Below are positions 34,681 through 47,309 of a stretch of DNA of 64,000 nt, in pieces. The notes below the pieces were generated by a model. The model was not told the DNA's origin and made no database searches. It saw only the letters and a list, made by a program, of their open reading frames with translations. Source of the stretch: Anthoceros angustus (lineage: Eukaryota; Plantae; Anthocerotophyta); assembly GCA_010909165.1 (NCBI GenBank), contig VJWM01000222.1:124001-188000 (forward strand). The letters are read 5' to 3'. The position numbers and the translations under genes are program-made. The stretch's first letter is position 1. The number at the start of each line of letters is the position of its first letter.

Positions 34681-36640
34681 CAAGAAGGGCATGGGTGTGG
34701 AAACCCATGACGCCTCCCGCCTCCTCCACATTGGGCCCTCCCACCGGTGGGTGTTGTCAAGTTGAACAGTGCACCGCCTTGTCCCCTCGTAGGCATAGGG
34801 AGCCGTGAAAGCTCACTAGGTGGAAGGGTCGCCGCCCGCCCCGCATGTTGGTGCGGTACTAAGGTGCACGCCGCACTGCACAGCCCGTGGCCGATGCCAA
34901 GGGTCCAACACGGAGAGCTTGAGAGTGGGGTCCCGAGAAAAGCGGGTGACCACCAACTCTAGCAAAGGTTGAGGGGCCGTTGGTCCAATAGTTTCGCAGC
35001 GATGAGCGAACCGCCAACTCGATAAAGATCTATGAGCAAGGGCGTGCCTACGCCGCCGGATGATGGCCATGTCTTGGCGAACTTGTACCGAGTGTCCACC
35101 GCCGAGGTGTTCTCTCCAAATAGTAAGCAATGGCTGAAGTGGCTGAACATCCACCAAGATGCGTGAAGGTCCCAAAACATGTTCGCGGGTCTTGTAATCC
35201 TCCTGTGTCGGCTTGAGAAAATCCTCGCATTCCCATCCCGCAATCACGGCGGATGGGGCTGGAGCTGAATGTGGCGGCAACACTGGATGTCTTGGGCATC
35301 AGAAAAGGTGCCCGATAGCATTGGCGGAAGTAGTGAAGGGAATCACGTCACAGCCTCCCCGAAGGAAAAGCAAAGAATGCATTGCGCCTTGGGACAATGG
35401 TCACAATAAATGTAACGATCGACCAAGATGCCATTCAGAAAAAGGGCCTCTGCACCAGGCAATGCCCCCAGGCCCAAAGAAAGTAATGCCGAGGTGGCGC
35501 TCACCACGTGATGATCCGCCGGCTCATTGTGGTGGAAGGTGCAGCTCCCGCCCAAGGGGAGTGCTGCAGAGCTTGCTGCACTGTGGAAGAGCTTGCTGAA
35601 CCAGCCTGGACACTTTGAATGATGGTGGAGTGTCTCCTAGCAGTCACGTGATCAAAATGGTCGGCCTCGTGATCTCGATCCAAGTCGCAAGCTCCAAGAT
35701 GTCACCAAATGCCGGGCCGCCGCCGAGCACTGGGACAACCTCAATGGTCGCCATAAGGACTGAGTAGCCAGGACAAAGGGCGACTTTGTCCAATCCGCCA
35801 TGCAGTATTCAAGGAAAGTGCGCCACTTGTCGACCTCCACTACGCCAATCGGAGTAGTGAGCTTGCTCGCCCAATTGTCCACGCTGATGCCGGTGGAAAC
35901 AAAAACCCCGTCCGAGAAGGACATCAGAAGTTAGCGCCGTGACAAGGCAATGAATGGCCAATGTCATGGCAGCTGGCCGTCCTGCTTGAGCGTGATGGCT
36001 GCTGGCTGAACAGCTCTCCCACACACAGTTCCATAGCTGCAGAGGCTGCCCGATGTTCCTGTGGTGAATGGCGGAGTGTCGCCTCGCAAGTTCAACCTCA
36101 AGTAGAGCCTTGCCAATGATCACGATCACTGCGCTCCTCGTGGTCCAAGAGCACAAGCTTGGGAGCATAGCCATTCACCGTGACATGGCCTTCCTATTGT
36201 CCACTCATGGCATTGCTCACTGCAAGACATTCATGCGACAGGGCTAAATGCGGGGGTGCTCCCGAGTAGCTACTGGAAGCATAGGTGCGCCGCTCCCAAG
36301 TGGCTGGCCCTCCTCATGGCTGGGTGGCTCGCCTGCCACTCCCACCATCGAACATGGTCCATGGTGGTGGGCAATACCCACCAAACGCCGTAAGGCTGCC
36401 CATGTGGGATCCACTCACTGCTGTAGTGTGGGATCGCGAGGCCCGATGATGGGCTTCTCCTCAGTCCTTGGCATGGAGTCAAGGTGTTCGCATTGGGATC
36501 AGCGGGCCCTGTGTGTGGACTGCTGAGGGCCAAGGCCGAGATTCCTCTGAGCCCCGAGTATGGGACCGCTGAGTTCTTGTTGAGCCTCCACCGGCTGTCC
36601 CGAGTATGGGACTGAGAATCCCAATGCTGGGGCCCTCTCG
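34681..36640 (-). mobile_element. Inverted family B fragment: gag-PR linker, protease, DNMT up to motif IX
   Basis: EALFLNGILVDRYIYCDHCPKAQCI, VIAGWEC, GGLQDPRT, FGENT, VGTPLLID, APQPLLELVVTR; protease GYAPKLVLLD..VIIIGKAL. Confidence 0.85.
34690..35495 (-). pseudogene. DNMT3-like C5 methyltransferase domain, copy 3 (lacks motif X)
   Basis: RYIYCD, VIAGWEC, FWDLH, GENT, FAHR, PNVEE..MGF. Confidence 0.85.
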
Positions 36641-39600
36641 CCCACCTCGCTAGTGGAGCACCTGCTCGCAAAATTTGGAACGGTCAGACTCCGACCATCC
36701 CAAGGAACCCAATGTTCCTGCAGTTGGAGCTTAGAGTGGCTATGACCTTGACCTTGTCGGATCAACCTCTATACCGTGTTCTCGAAAATTCATGTCCCAA
36801 CAGATGATTCCTTCCGACATGCCAAATAGCACTTTTCTCGATGCAAACATAACTGCAGTGGCTCGACATCGCTCCACACTCCGGTGCATACTAGATGGTC
36901 CTTCACAGCCCAAACACGCAAAAGTCGCCCAAGAAAACTTCCATAAAGTCCCCGAGGAAGTCCTTGAAGATCTTGACGATGGTTCGATGAAAGACCCAGC
37001 GCCTCACAACCCGAATGCACCGCTTGTAGGCATATGCTCCTATGTTGGCCACACGCTTCCCGGAGATGCAGCTGGTTATAGCCTAAATACCCATCTAAAA
37101 AGGAATACGCCATCCCACGACTGCATCCAAGGATGTTATCGATGAAGGCAATGGGAAATGATCCTTTTGGTGACCTTATTCAACCTTCGCTAGTCTTGGC
37201 AACCCCGAATCTTTCCCCGGGTCGCTCTTCGGGACCACTACACGGAGCCACCCATTCGGTATTGACTATAGGATAGATTACATCCGCTTGAGATACTACC
37301 AACTCGATCCTTTGACCTTCAAGGGAGTACTGATTTAACTTGTAATCATGGAATCCTCATCGGATTGCTCCCGTGTTCCAAGTCGATCCTATGTTCACCC
37401 CACTCCTTGGGAATACCTTCATATCGGCCACCAAGGCAAAGACATCAATGAATTGCAAGTGCTTTCATCCCTCTTCAAGCACTTCATCCATTGTTCTGAG
37501 AATTTGAGTACTTTCCCGAAGAACCTCAACATCCTTAACCTCATCTCCACTCCATTCACGCCCATCGGTGCGGAACTCGATTCCAAAACCCTTCTTCCGT
37601 TCCCTATTCTTCTCGCATGCCCCACTTTCAAACAGATCCTCCGAGGTGAAACGCGTGAGGCCTGCTTTCTTCCTCATCCGCTTGTTCCCGCTTCTCCCTC
37701 CTTCATCAAATTCCCAGCAGGTTATTACCCCATAAACAATTGATTGATCGCAAGGAATATCTCGCGATAATCCTGCTCCTCGCCGCACCATGAGATGTGC
37801 GAAAGGAAATTTGTCTTCTTGTTCCGCTTCCCGACGTGTCTTCGGAGGTGTATCCTTCCGCTTCGCAGTCTGCCAACAGACATGTCCTTACTCCAAAGTG
37901 TTAGGCAATCCTACCTTCCTTGGTCTTAGATCCCATTCCATTGGTTTGAATCAATTCCTTTCTTCCCCATTTGAGCGCAGCATTGAGATCCATACATCCA
38001 TGTTCACCAATTAAGACACTATACCTCGCGACTTTGTGCCGATGACTACATAATCCATTAGATAGGGAATGGTTCCAATGATCGCAACACACCGCCTTCC
38101 TCCCATCGCACCATTCTCGACATATCCGCAAACGCAAAACCTTGCCTCTGCTCGATTTCCAACCCCAATTTTTCCGCCGCTTCTCCGCACATGGTATTCA
38201 CACCTGTGAGAGGTACCCCTTTATGATGACCCGCGATCTCACTGAGTTCCGCCGTCCTGGTCAACCATGGATACTAGGTTGACAAGAAGTGGTCTTGGAC
38301 CCGTTTAGAAGGGCATTTTCTTGGCCGGGCTTCCTTCAATGCCCTCCTCGACCGCCGCCTATACCGTGGGTTGTCTCAAGGAGTTGTCCAATGTGATCAT
38401 AAAATGCCGATCCATGATGGCCTCCGCCAAGTTAAAGGAAACACCTCGCCGCTTCTCCGCCTGAGTTTACGTTGGTTGTAGATTCCAACTGCTAGGGCTT
38501 CGAGGTACGGCTTCCTGTGTGGGTGGCGGACTGTGGGTAGCATTGAAACCGTCTCCGCCTACCACCTTGGCCTTTACCGCCTCCTCCGGATCATATCCAT
38601 AACCTCTTCCCGCACGTCCGTGGAAATCCTAACCCATTTTTTCCGCTGCGCCCGGAGCTTGTAAAGTTTCTAACTATGTCCGTCAGCAATTCCTTTCCCT
38701 CGCTTTGAATTTGCACCTCGCCCACCGGAACACTCAGATCTCACACGCACTTCACTCCTCGCCGCTTGGTTCGTCCGCCAAAGTGCCGGCGCTTGGTCCG
38801 CTCCACCGAACGCCGCTTCGCAAATTTTGTCATTTCGCTTGACGCCCGAGAACGCCCCTCATCCGACCTCGTGGTCGATCCTCCTTCCTTCTTTTCCCCC
38901 ACGCCTCTTCTCCTTAGCTTTTGAGCTGCTCGACAACCATGGCGTATATGCCTCCCATACACTATCCGTGGCATCTAAACCTCTAAGCTTAGGGTCTTAA
39001 CTTGGCGCCTCCCATAGCCATCAACGTTTCTACATGCATGGCATGTAATTTGGTCTGAGCAACCAACCCCGCCACCGGTGGTCACATCCTCGACTTTTTC
39101 CGGGTTTTGGCAGAGTACGCTTCCGCCAAATGCCCTCGCCGCTTGCAATCGGTACGCTTTATCGAAATCTCCATTGCTCGAGTTGGCTAAGGCAGTATGA
39201 TAGTGTCCAAGGTTGCGAGCACAGTAGCATGTGATGTTGCCTCAACCGATTATTATCACACTTTCGAACCGCCTACGCTCAGAAGAAGTTGGAGGGATAC
39301 ATAGTCTCTGCACACCGTTTGACTGAGATTTCCCGACTTTGGTATGTATCCTCCATGGGAGTATCTTCCTTCCTCCTCATATCCGAGTGATGCACTTGTG
39401 TTCCGCGCTTAGCCTTTGAATGACCTGGGCCACACGCTGAATGTAAGAGGTTAGCCTGTGACTCGTGATGCCTCCTTCTCTCGTGTTCCTTACCGCGTTA
39501 AGATGGAATTTCAAATTTTGCCATCATCTCCATCTTGTTTCCGTTGTTCCACTTTGGCCGCCACCCTGGCCCTCCTTGCTTGTTCCCGCATCCCTTTTCG

Positions 39601-40706
39601 CATCGCTTCTGTTTGCCCTTGCCACCTCTTTGTTGTCCCGCACCTTCATTTTTTCTTTTTCCATCTGCGCCTCTCATCTAATGACGCCTCCGAACTGCCA
39701 CTGCTTCTTCCTCCGGAACTTCTCGGAATCTTTGTGAGCTCTTCACCGATGAACTTTTCCGAGGAGGATGAGGAATCCTTCTTTTTCCTGCCCCGGCTTC
39801 CTCCTCCTTCTTAGCTCTCTTTATATCATGCTGGTTATAATTTAGCGCCGCCTTTGATAGCCTTGCCTTACTCTCCGCTTTTCACGTGTCTCCCCATCTT
39901 AGAACCCAGCCTTTAGCGAACCACCGATTGGGTTCGAACTCAATGAGGGCTACTGATCGCAGAAGTCGGAAACCTCTCAACATACGCCGCAAGGTTTCCT
40001 TCCTTCCTCTCAGCAATTTTCAAGTTTGGACAACGATCCTCCACGCTGCCTCCCCAAAACCTCCTCAAGGCATATGGTTTTTAACTCTTCAAAGGTGCGG
40101 AGGTGTGGTCGACTTGAGGTATTCGCTACCATACCACTTTGCCGGGACCTCCCAAGAACTCCATAGAACACTGGACGCTACTGCATCTCCCGCCTCGGTT
40201 TGCAAATGTCACCGCCAAAACGCCAACAAATTCATCGTGGTCCCTACCCTTCTCCCCATACAATCTGCATAGCAGGTGACCATCGACGGCAGTGGTCATG
40301 ACTATCGTACGATTCGCAACCGTGGTTGATTCAACAACGTCCCTGGAAGTTGATTGATCACAAACGTACACACCGGAAGAGAGGTCAAGATGAATTGATC
40401 CGAGGTTCCTTGGCCGTGGTACTCCCAAGTCCAGGTTGGGGATCTTGCTCCAACAAGATCGGACCCCACCCCCGTTGATTCCTTACCCTTCTCCTCCCGG
40501 GTGCCTTCCGGCCAGTCCTCTCAACTCCCGCTTGCAAACCTTTCAACCTTTCCAAGCGCTTGGCCGCTGTTTCTTGAGGCTTTCCGTCCCGACTTAACTC
40601 CTCAATCCTCCGACTCAACCTGCGGCATCCATCTACCCAACTAGATACACTCCAAACTAGACACCCAAGCTATGGTTAGTCTCCTCATAACCTTGATGCT
40701 AGTCAT

Positions 40707-40721
40707 TCCCCGCAACGCCCA
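40707..40721 (-). other. Primer-binding site, tRNA-Asp type (family C)
   Basis: + strand TCCCCGCAACGCCCA-AAA-TG, a deletion-bearing version of the Athila-type TCCCCGGCAACGGCGCCA next to the LTR end. Confidence 0.65.
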
Positions 40722-40724
40722 AAA

Positions 40725-41649
40725 TGTGGAATGGGTTTTTGCATCCAAGACGCAAAGAGGCCACATTTACCCTCTATGTCGTTATAGTCCTAGGATTCAT
40801 CCCAAGGGAATGGTTTTGTGTCAAGATGTTCTAAAACTATGGACTCTAGTCCTACCACAATCGATCACTACCTCCGCAACCGCCTACCATGCCCAAACTC
40901 ACCACCGGAAGACCTGCCACCACCACCTGAAGACCTTACCACCACCGGAAGACTCGCCACCACTGCGGAAGGCCTCAACCACCGAGTGGTTGGCTCAACC
41001 ATCGCGGGCGGGCCCTGGCCCAGCCGCCTGTCGCTGGGTGACTATTTGTCACCCGGCCCCGGGTCCTTTAGTGGACATACACACACCCACATGTACCTTT
41101 ACTTCTCTCAGGATATCATGATCGGATCCTTCTCCGAGGGTTGCACCACGACTCTCAATGTCACAGGCGCCTCACTCCGCCCGCTAGTTTCCCCGCCAAT
41201 TCCCCACCATTCACTTCCACTCTTCTCGATCATTTCCCGACTTCCCATACACGATACGCAATCCCCTTACAACAAGACACTCAACCGCCTCCTGGGACCT
41301 TCCACTCCACAAATAAACTCCTCTCTCTCTCACAGCCATTCCTCACCCCTGGGCCACATGCATCTCCTCATGGAATGAAACACGCCCGTGGCATTGAAGG
41401 AGGGACAGAAGGAAAGCCAAGATTCACGATCCGCCTCGCCTCACCCCACCCGCTGAAATTCCTACCTTCACCCCTGCATGCCAACACTCCCACCGTGACG
41501 GAGCTTGGCCACCCGCCTCGACCACCTGTGGATCTTCCCGCCTCTGTGACGAAGACGCATCGAACCAGCTTGATGCCGATCGTATCGCCTCTAACCAACC
41601 TCGCGTGAGATCTACTCACACGGAAGTTCAAAGCCTCAAATTGTCCACA
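40725..41649 (-). repeat. Family C 5' LTR (925 bp)
   Basis: Bounded by perfect 6-bp inverted termini TGTGGA (40725) and TCCACA (41649); PBS adjacent; family B LTR sequence resumes right after. Confidence 0.7.
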
Positions 41650-41659
41650 AGAGAGACAC

Positions 41660-43180
41660 AAAGGTCTCGAGGTTGCCAAGACCGCCTCGTTATGAGAGTA
41701 TGATGGCGTACGCCTGGACAAATGATCGGCCCCACAAATGGGACATGGTAGCGCACACTGACAAATTGGGACCTGCCCCACACGACAGAACATGGCGCCC
41801 CATGCACTGGACTACGCCGGATCTGCCCCAGCCCATGGGACATGGCGTCCACCTAAGGCGCCGGATCGCTTTGATTGTCCTACCTATGTGGACATGGCCC
41901 CACAATGATACACGGATGTGATTGGGCTGGCCAGCTGAGATATTGGACAGCCCCACAACCGGATCACGACTGCCGATCGCCGGACTGCAATGACCAGCCC
42001 AACGCTAAACACAAGGACTAAGGTACAACACTAAAAGAATGCGGTTGATGTATGTTTGTTTTATAAACCACGCCTAGCTGCCCATTTTTAACCAAGAATA
42101 TGTCTCCTTTATTTTGATTGGCCCATAGTCCACATGCATTTTAAATACTGCTCTAGAAAATAGATCCAAGTAGAACCAAGAGTCAAGAACAAAGGCTAGC
42201 TATAGGGTGAAAGGGCCATATAGGGCCCAAATGTCATGTGTTCAACGGGAGAAACTGAGTGAGCTCAGACCACGGCAAATGCAGCCTGAGGACTCGTGCT
42301 GCCGGGCGTGAGGATGACGACCAGCGTGAGATGAGGACCGCGAGGCGAGGGGATCCCAGCAGGTTTCCGCCTTCAAAATCACACTGAGCTGCCACGCTAG
42401 AACCAAAGCACTTTGGTGAATCGCGAATCCATGGAAATCAAATCAGATCATGATTTTGGCTAATCGTGGTGTCTCCCGCCATGCGCCCAAGGCGTGATTT
42501 TACGACTCCAGCGCAACTGGCTGGCTAAGGAAGCTTAAGAAATCACTGGCCCGCACCCATTGCGGCAAATCTCTGTATTTCAAGACTCATCTCCGTGGAC
42601 GCTTCTCCAATCCGGAGCTATATATTCAGGCGCCTCCCCCGACCTAGGGCTACCATTCGAGCCAGGACGTCATAGCGCTTAAGGTGATCGCAACGTTTCT
42701 TCTGTGCCCAATCCATGGTATCTGCAGTCGGGCTCAAGTGAGCTAACCCACGTACCGGGTCCCTCCATGCCCGCCATCACCCAGTTGCGTGATCCATCCA
42801 GCAGTCCCAGCTTAGGCGGGCTACAGCCTGCAAATGCCTAGGGAGCAAAACTGTGAGTTTGCTGCCTACTTTTCTAATTCTGGTGAGCTTAGCATTCAGG
42901 ATCAGCTTGGGTGGTTGCTACTTGCCGTATAGCTAGAGGCGTGGATCCTCATTTTGCCCCACTTCCCATCTCACTCAAGGACGGAGAGCAAGGCAGTTTC
43001 AGCTTTAATTTCTGATTTCAATCATTCAATCAAGCAGACCATTTGAGCCTCAGAGGCGCTATAGTGTTAGTCACGTGAGTTGCTGTGAACCCTGGAAATT
43101 CAAGCCCGAGGAGGATATTTTTGGCTGGGACTCTAGGGTCCTAGATCGTCCCATATCCACCGCCCCACGCTACGGGATCA
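41660..43180 (+). repeat. Family B 5' LTR, distal part
   Basis: CGAGGTTGCCAAGACCG, CCAGCCCAACG..ACAAG.ACTAAGGTACA and CCTTTATTTTGATTGGCCCATAGTCCA match 21835-22130. Ends GGGATCA (inverse of the TGCTCCC start, 1 mismatch), followed by C-TGG. Confidence 0.7.
42618..42625 (+). promoter_or_regulatory. Candidate TATA box in family B LTR
   Basis: CTATATAT ~560 bp before the LTR end, a plausible U3/R position; inferred only. Confidence 0.3.
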
Positions 43181-43181
43181 C

Positions 43182-43197
43182 TGGCAGTCCACAGGGC
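43182..43197 (+). other. Putative family B primer-binding site (tRNA unassigned)
   Basis: TGGCAGTCCACAGGGC lies 1 nt after the ...GGGATCA LTR end. Confidence 0.45.
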
Positions 43198-46100
43198 ACT
43201 CCCCACCCACGGACCTGCTGGGAGTTGGGCACTGTGCTTGACAGAGTTTTGGTTGTCCTGGGAGCTAAGGTCGCCTCATCTTTGGGAGCGACCACCCGAC
43301 CTCGTGTTTTGCTCCACATGGGCGATGCACCCTGAAGGACATGAGACCATCTCGCCACCGCTTGAGAACTGGATATTCAAATGGACCACCCCGAGGCATG
43401 TTTAAGGATGCTCTTTTCAACACGGCTAGTTAGTTGTCAGAGGAGTCGTAAGCGGTTTACGTGAGTCAAGACGTACCATCGCCACCTTTTGGCATGAACC
43501 ACCGGTTCCAGCCTAATTCAACACCGCAAAGAAATCAACTACCTGCCGGGATCACCGGGATAAACTTGTCCCACTGAGTTTTACAGAGACAAGATCAATC
43601 AATATCTTTCGAGATCTTGACACCATGGAAGGTGGAGGACCGCATACAGCAGATGTATCCGGAGGCACTCGCACGTCATGAGATTTCTACCGGCCCTCAA
43701 CGCTATCATCAGCCGGGTCGTGTTCAAGCATGGCGGCGCTTTATAATCACCAAGACATGTTTGAACATTTTCAAGCTACTTGGCTGACGAGGCACTGATT
43801 TGTATGAGGCACATCAAGCGGATTTGTCTTCTACCATCTCCACGGTGAATCCTCAGCTCAAGGAGCTGCTGAGCCTGCCTACCACGGCAAGTTCCGTGGA
43901 GTGCCCACCAGCTAAGATTGTCTGACAACAAGTAGCCACCGCTCACCACCATCCGTAGAGTCTAACGCCGCCGAGGGTGGCGCCACTATTGGGGTCCCGA
44001 GTTCATCCAAACTCCCAAGTTAATCCGTGGAGGAGTTCATGGCCATCCTCGAGAAGGCGCTTCCGCCAAGACTCGAGAAAATAGCTGAGCTGGCCGCCGC
44101 AAGAAGGGTGAGACCGGTCTGATGACCTTTCGCAGCTCCTAAGCCGCGAGAAGGCCGGATGTTGACCCACCAAGAGGCAGCCGAGAAGTTTCACTGCTGA
44201 GGGAGATCCATTGTTCCACTTTCAACTTGTTTTGGTGGACAAGTATGGGGACAACACACCGAACAAAGTCCATGAAGAAGTGAGCGTAATGAAATCGCGG
44301 CTGGCTTATGCTCGACACTCCAAGGCCTCACGACTATCAAAGCATGTTTTCCAAAGAAGGAAACACATCCGGAGGCGTGGATCAGGGGTTTCCAAGCCCA
44401 TTCAAAGTGCCAGGCCGCTGTCAAGAGCGAGCCACCTCCACTGCAGCAATCGCGGGCAGTCTCGATCATTTGCTCTGCAAGCTTCCCGTGGAAGGTTTGC
44501 ATTGTTCCCATTGCAACAAGACTGGCCATTTGGTTACACCTGCTTCCAAGCATCCGAGCAGACATCGCAAGGCCCACACCTTCACCGGACTTCTACAACA
44601 GCTCACCGGCAACAAATGCGTCAAGGGCCGATCACACGGAATGGGGCCAAGGCTAAGGGAGCGGCTAACGACAAGATTGCCGCATTGAGGCAGCAGCAGC
44701 ACTTACATGCACCTGGGAGCCCAGTCAAGGCACACCTCCACCTCCAAGCTCACGATACCCATTTTGGCACCCCCTCCGGGAGGAGGAGAGGAGGATTACG
44801 GCACCGCCACATGAGGCGCACTGCCCATCGCTCTTGTGGATTCCATCGATTCGGGCCCTACCCGCCACATGGGTAGGATGTGACTTCAGCATGAAGATTG
44901 GATGTACCGGGATGTCGATCCCCTTACTCGCAACAAAGAGGGCGAGGGCCATGCCTAGATCCTTTGCTCGCCGCCAGCGTGGCCATCCCCTGCTCGTGGA
45001 AGATCATCCGGATGGAGCGCCGAGAGCAGCTCCATGACATTCAAGTCGGGCACATTGACAATGTGCTAAGATCTACCACCCAAGGCAGACACCCGACCTT
45101 GATCATGCGCAGGTGTTGAGACCTTGATCTCCCCTCTCCCGTGATATGGGAGTTAAGGGTTGCTCACATAAAGAAGTGCTGGCTATAACAATGCCTCCGC
45201 TATCCCATACTCGGGATCCGCCGAGACTCCCGTGACACTTGGTCCCATGGCATGGGGCTCTGACACCTCAATGGGCACACCACAGCTCCATGTTCAGAGT
45301 CGCCAGGAGAGCCCCAAAGATTGGGATCCCTCCATCTACATTTTATTACGCGAGTCTCAACATCAGACTGCATCCCATACTGGACCGCCGAGGAACGCCT
45401 TGGTCCTCAACAACAGCCCCACACTGACCGACAAAGTAGCCCCAATGCCAAGTGCACCTTCAGCCCATGCCAAGGACCGCGAGGAGAAACCCATCGACTC
45501 CGCAGCCCCATACTCGGACCTCCGGGACCGCGGTGATCCCACATGGGCAGCCTCACCCGACGCCAGTTGAAGTTGCCCACCACCATCGACCATGTTACGA
45601 TGGTGGGAGTGATGTAAGGTGCCACCCACACCATGAGGAGGCCACCACTTGAGGGCGATGCGCGCACTTACAAGGCTCCCAATACAAGGAGTACCCTGGA
45701 GCACCAGATTCAGCCCACCAATCGCATGAATGTGCGAGTGAGCAATGCCATGGTGGACACAGGAAGGCCATGTCACTTGAATGGCTATGCTCCCAAGCTT
45801 GTGCTCTTGGACACGGGCACGTACCTTCGCGATCATTGGCAAGGCTCTCGCCAAAGTTGAACTTGCGGAACGCACCCGCCATTCACCCCGAACATCGACA
45901 CGCCTCCGCGCCTGTGGAACTGGTGGAGAGACGTTCACCCACCGCCATCACGCTTGCCCGGATAGCCGCCACGACATTGGCCATTCATTGCCTTGTCACG
46001 ACAAATACAAGCTAATCACGATGTCCTTCTTGACAGAGTTTTTGTTTCCATCCGCATCAGCGTGACAATTGACAGTAAGCTCACCATCGCCTGACATTGG

Positions 46101-46459
46101 CGAGCGGAGGTCATGGGCAAGACTTTCCCTTGAATCACAGATGGCATTGACCGAGGTCGCCACCCCCCTCAGCTACTCCAGCCCTTATGGCGATCATTCA
46201 AGGTCCCCGAGGTGCTCCCCACCGACTACCTGTAGCATTTGAGTGACAGCCGGAGCTTGCCGACTTGATCCGAGATCACGAGTACCATTTGGCTCACAAT
46301 CGCCAGGAGACACCCCACCATCATTCAAAGTGTCCCAACCCGGTTCATAAGCTCTTCCACGAAAAGAAGTCAGAGCCTTCAAAGACTCCCCTTGGGCTGA
46401 CAGTATTTCCACCACGATGAGCACAGCCGTTAGATCATCACGTGGACGGGCGCGCCTAC

Positions 46460-46725
46460 TCGCATTACTTTGCTGGAACTGTTTGGGGGTATTTGCATGT
46501 GTCCGGTGCTCTTTTGTCAATGGCATCTACGGGCCGTTATATTTATCGCGGTGATCATGGTCCCAAAGGCGCAATGCATTGCTGCCGCTCGTGAGCCGCG
46601 CGCTGCCATTCCCTTCACTAGCCCCCGCTCATCGCGGTCTCGTGCACCTTTTCTACAAAGGCCCCAAGACATCCAGCCGCCAGGCTTATTACTACCTCGC
46701 CCCCATCCACTGTGATTGCGGATGA
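46460..46725 (+). pseudogene. DNMT N-terminal fragment with the clearest SAM-binding motif I
   Basis: ITLLELFGGIC, RYIY, PKAQCIAAAR, PQDI, VIA(G). Confidence 0.75.
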
Positions 46726-47309
46726 AGCCAGAACACGATACTTTTGGGGACATCACCTCTACCGAGACAAGACCCCTTGTCACTTAAGAACACCTTACCT
46801 AGAAAGATATGTGCCCTACTTTGATAATGCACACACCCTTTCTCGAGGTCATATCTTTGATAAAAGATGCACTTTCAAGTCTACACCCGAGAACCGGAGC
46901 ATGAGGGTGTGGGCTTATGCTTTAGTAGAATGCATAGAGGGTCGCCATTTTCATATGTTTATTACAACCGAAAACTTTTACTTTCAAGTGGTGGAACACA
47001 ATGAAAACAATGCATTAGCGAGTCTCATTTATGGTCGTGAGAACATTGCAACAAACAATCAAGGAGGAAGTGGTCATCAAGATCGATAATAGCCATTCAA
47101 GAGTGCGGCCCGACTCATCCATGCCTTGCCAAATCGAGTCAAGTACCACCGCCATATTCGAGGCGGTCCATATCCTCCGCCGTTGTCGCTCTCCATTGCT
47201 TGCTCGCCTTCAATAGTATCATTCTCCTGGCCCACGACGTGTCGATCCACACAAAGATCTAGGGTCTCACGACCTCATCCAAAAGGTCCGTGGTCTTCAA
47301 CCTTCCGCC

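Larger units (their letters stand above)
26722..34852 (+). repeat. Apparently identical direct duplication of 15002-23132 (offset 11720)
   Basis: ORFs within the block recur with identical translation at +11720; the copies diverge after ...CCGCATGTTGGT. Confidence 0.95.
36645..41649 (-). mobile_element. Family C non-chromovirus Ty3/gypsy (Athila/OTA-like): 5' LTR, PBS, gag region, PR, RT; truncated after RT
   Basis: RT motifs LNKVTK.DHFP, MAYSFLDGYLGYNQ, MEVFLGDF, REKCY; protease-region GVNTM..AEKLGLEIE; Asp-type PBS; TGTGGA...TCCACA-bounded LTR. Confidence 0.85.
43182..46725 (+). mobile_element. Family B internal 5' half: gag, protease, DNMT N-terminus (truncated at motif IV)
   Basis: CSHCNKTGH (~44500), NGYAPKLVLLDTG (~45780-45820), ITLLELFGGIC, PKAQCIAAAR, PQDIQ (46460-46680). 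Confidence 0.88.

Noticed and set aside
40672-41608. 149-186-aa Pro/Thr-rich ORFs
   Set aside because: They lie within the family C LTR, on the opposite strand, in low-complexity C-rich sequence.
47100-47290. Chromodomain call
   Set aside because: The resemblance is too weak to annotate without a profile search; kept only as a low-interest finding.
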